Below, piece after piece: positions 63,073-64,000 of a stretch of 64,000 nucleotides of DNA; position 1 is the first letter of the stretch, and each line of letters starts with the position of its first letter. The notes below the pieces were generated by a model. That model was given only the letters and a program-made list of their open reading frames with translations, had not been told where the DNA came from and made no database searches. A program made the position numbers and the translations under genes. Source of the stretch: Camelus dromedarius (Eukaryota). The stretch is from NCBI RefSeq assembly GCF_036321535.1, contig NC_087436.1:75146001-75210000 (forward strand). Reading direction: 5' to 3'.

Positions 63073-63716
63073 AAACAAGTTTCTTAATGTTGTTATGTCT
63101 CAAATTCCCACATCTATAAAACTTATATAGTAATATCTATTTTACAATGTGGTTTTGAACATAGAATTTTAAAATGATAGCAGCTATTGTTACTGTTGGT
63201 TGGACTTTTTGGGACTATAAAGTGTCTTTATAAGACTCTTTATAATTCCTAGCTATATCTTTTTTCTTAAGTAATGTTTTCTTAGGTAATGGTTTCAGTA
63301 TATTGAAAAGCTAATAGTTTATATTAGATCCTGACTCAGAGTATAAAAAAATGGCATCTTATTCATTCTTTTTAACAAATACTATAGTGGTTGGCATGGG
63401 CTCCAGAACAGACCACCTTGATCTTTTAGAGATACAGTGCTTCTTCTTAATGAAAAAGAAATTTGTGTGCTGAAAGAGAATCTTTTCAAATACTTCTTAA
63501 ATAGTATAGTATTGTAGGAGGTTGAGAGAGTGGGTTTAAGATTCATACCATGTGGATCCAAGTCCTAGTTCCAGATTAGAACTGTGCTACCTTGCTCTCT
63601 GAGCCTCACTTTTCCCTCATTCCCCATTTTCCCTCTATGTAAAGTGAGGTTGATAATGACATACTTTCTAGGTTAGAAAGGAGTAGATGAGATAATGGCC
63701 TAATAACTATTAAGCA

Positions 63717-64000
63717 GACTTCTTCTGGCTAAGATGGAGTAACAGGGACCTGATTTACCTTTCCACCTAAAGCAGTCAGCATTACCTTGATACCAAAACC
63801 AGACAAAGGAAATGACAGTCCAGTATTATTCATGGATGTAGATACTAAAATTATAAACTAAATTTTAGCAAATAGAATCCAGCAATGTATAAAAAGGATA
63901 AACATCATGACCAAGTAGAGTTTATCCTAGGAACAGAAGGTTAGTTTAACATTCAACAATCATTATAATTTACCATATTAACAAACTAAAAATCAAGTTG
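63717..64000 (+). mobile_element. Old L1 fragment running off the window end
   Basis: CAGCATTACCTTGATACCAAAACCAGACAAAG...TTAGCAAATAGAATCCAGCAA...CATGACCAAGT is the start of the L1 RT domain. Confidence 0.85.

Overview
Mammalian genomic DNA, AT-rich and repeat-dense. It is most likely from a camelid, since it carries two tRNA-Ala-derived Vic-1-type SINEs and I saw no Alu, BovB/Bov-tA or PRE1. The only protein-coding gene I can support is MRPL1 (mitochondrial ribosomal protein uL1m) on the + strand. It has a CpG-island promoter at ~19.5-20.25 kb and coding exons 1-7 (19824-61475; 777 nt, 259 codons, all GT-AG, frame continuous); the C-terminal exons lie beyond the window. The first 19 kb is intergenic. 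Intron 2 holds a full-length (~7.1 kb), dead, antisense LINE-1 with an exact 14-bp target-site duplication. The rest is older L1, L2, MIR, LTR and DNA-transposon debris, and almost all ORFs in the supplied track are L1 fragments or chance ORFs. I found no convincing new biological system. The best leads are: a well-formed cryptic poison exon in the L1 5'UTR in MRPL1 sense orientation, a polyadenylated LTR-like retrocopy with TSDs in intron 6, an in-frame uORF upstream of MRPL1, and several templated-insertion scars. Repeat family names come from recalled consensus similarity, not a database search, and repeat boundaries are approximate unless a TSD or TIR is given.
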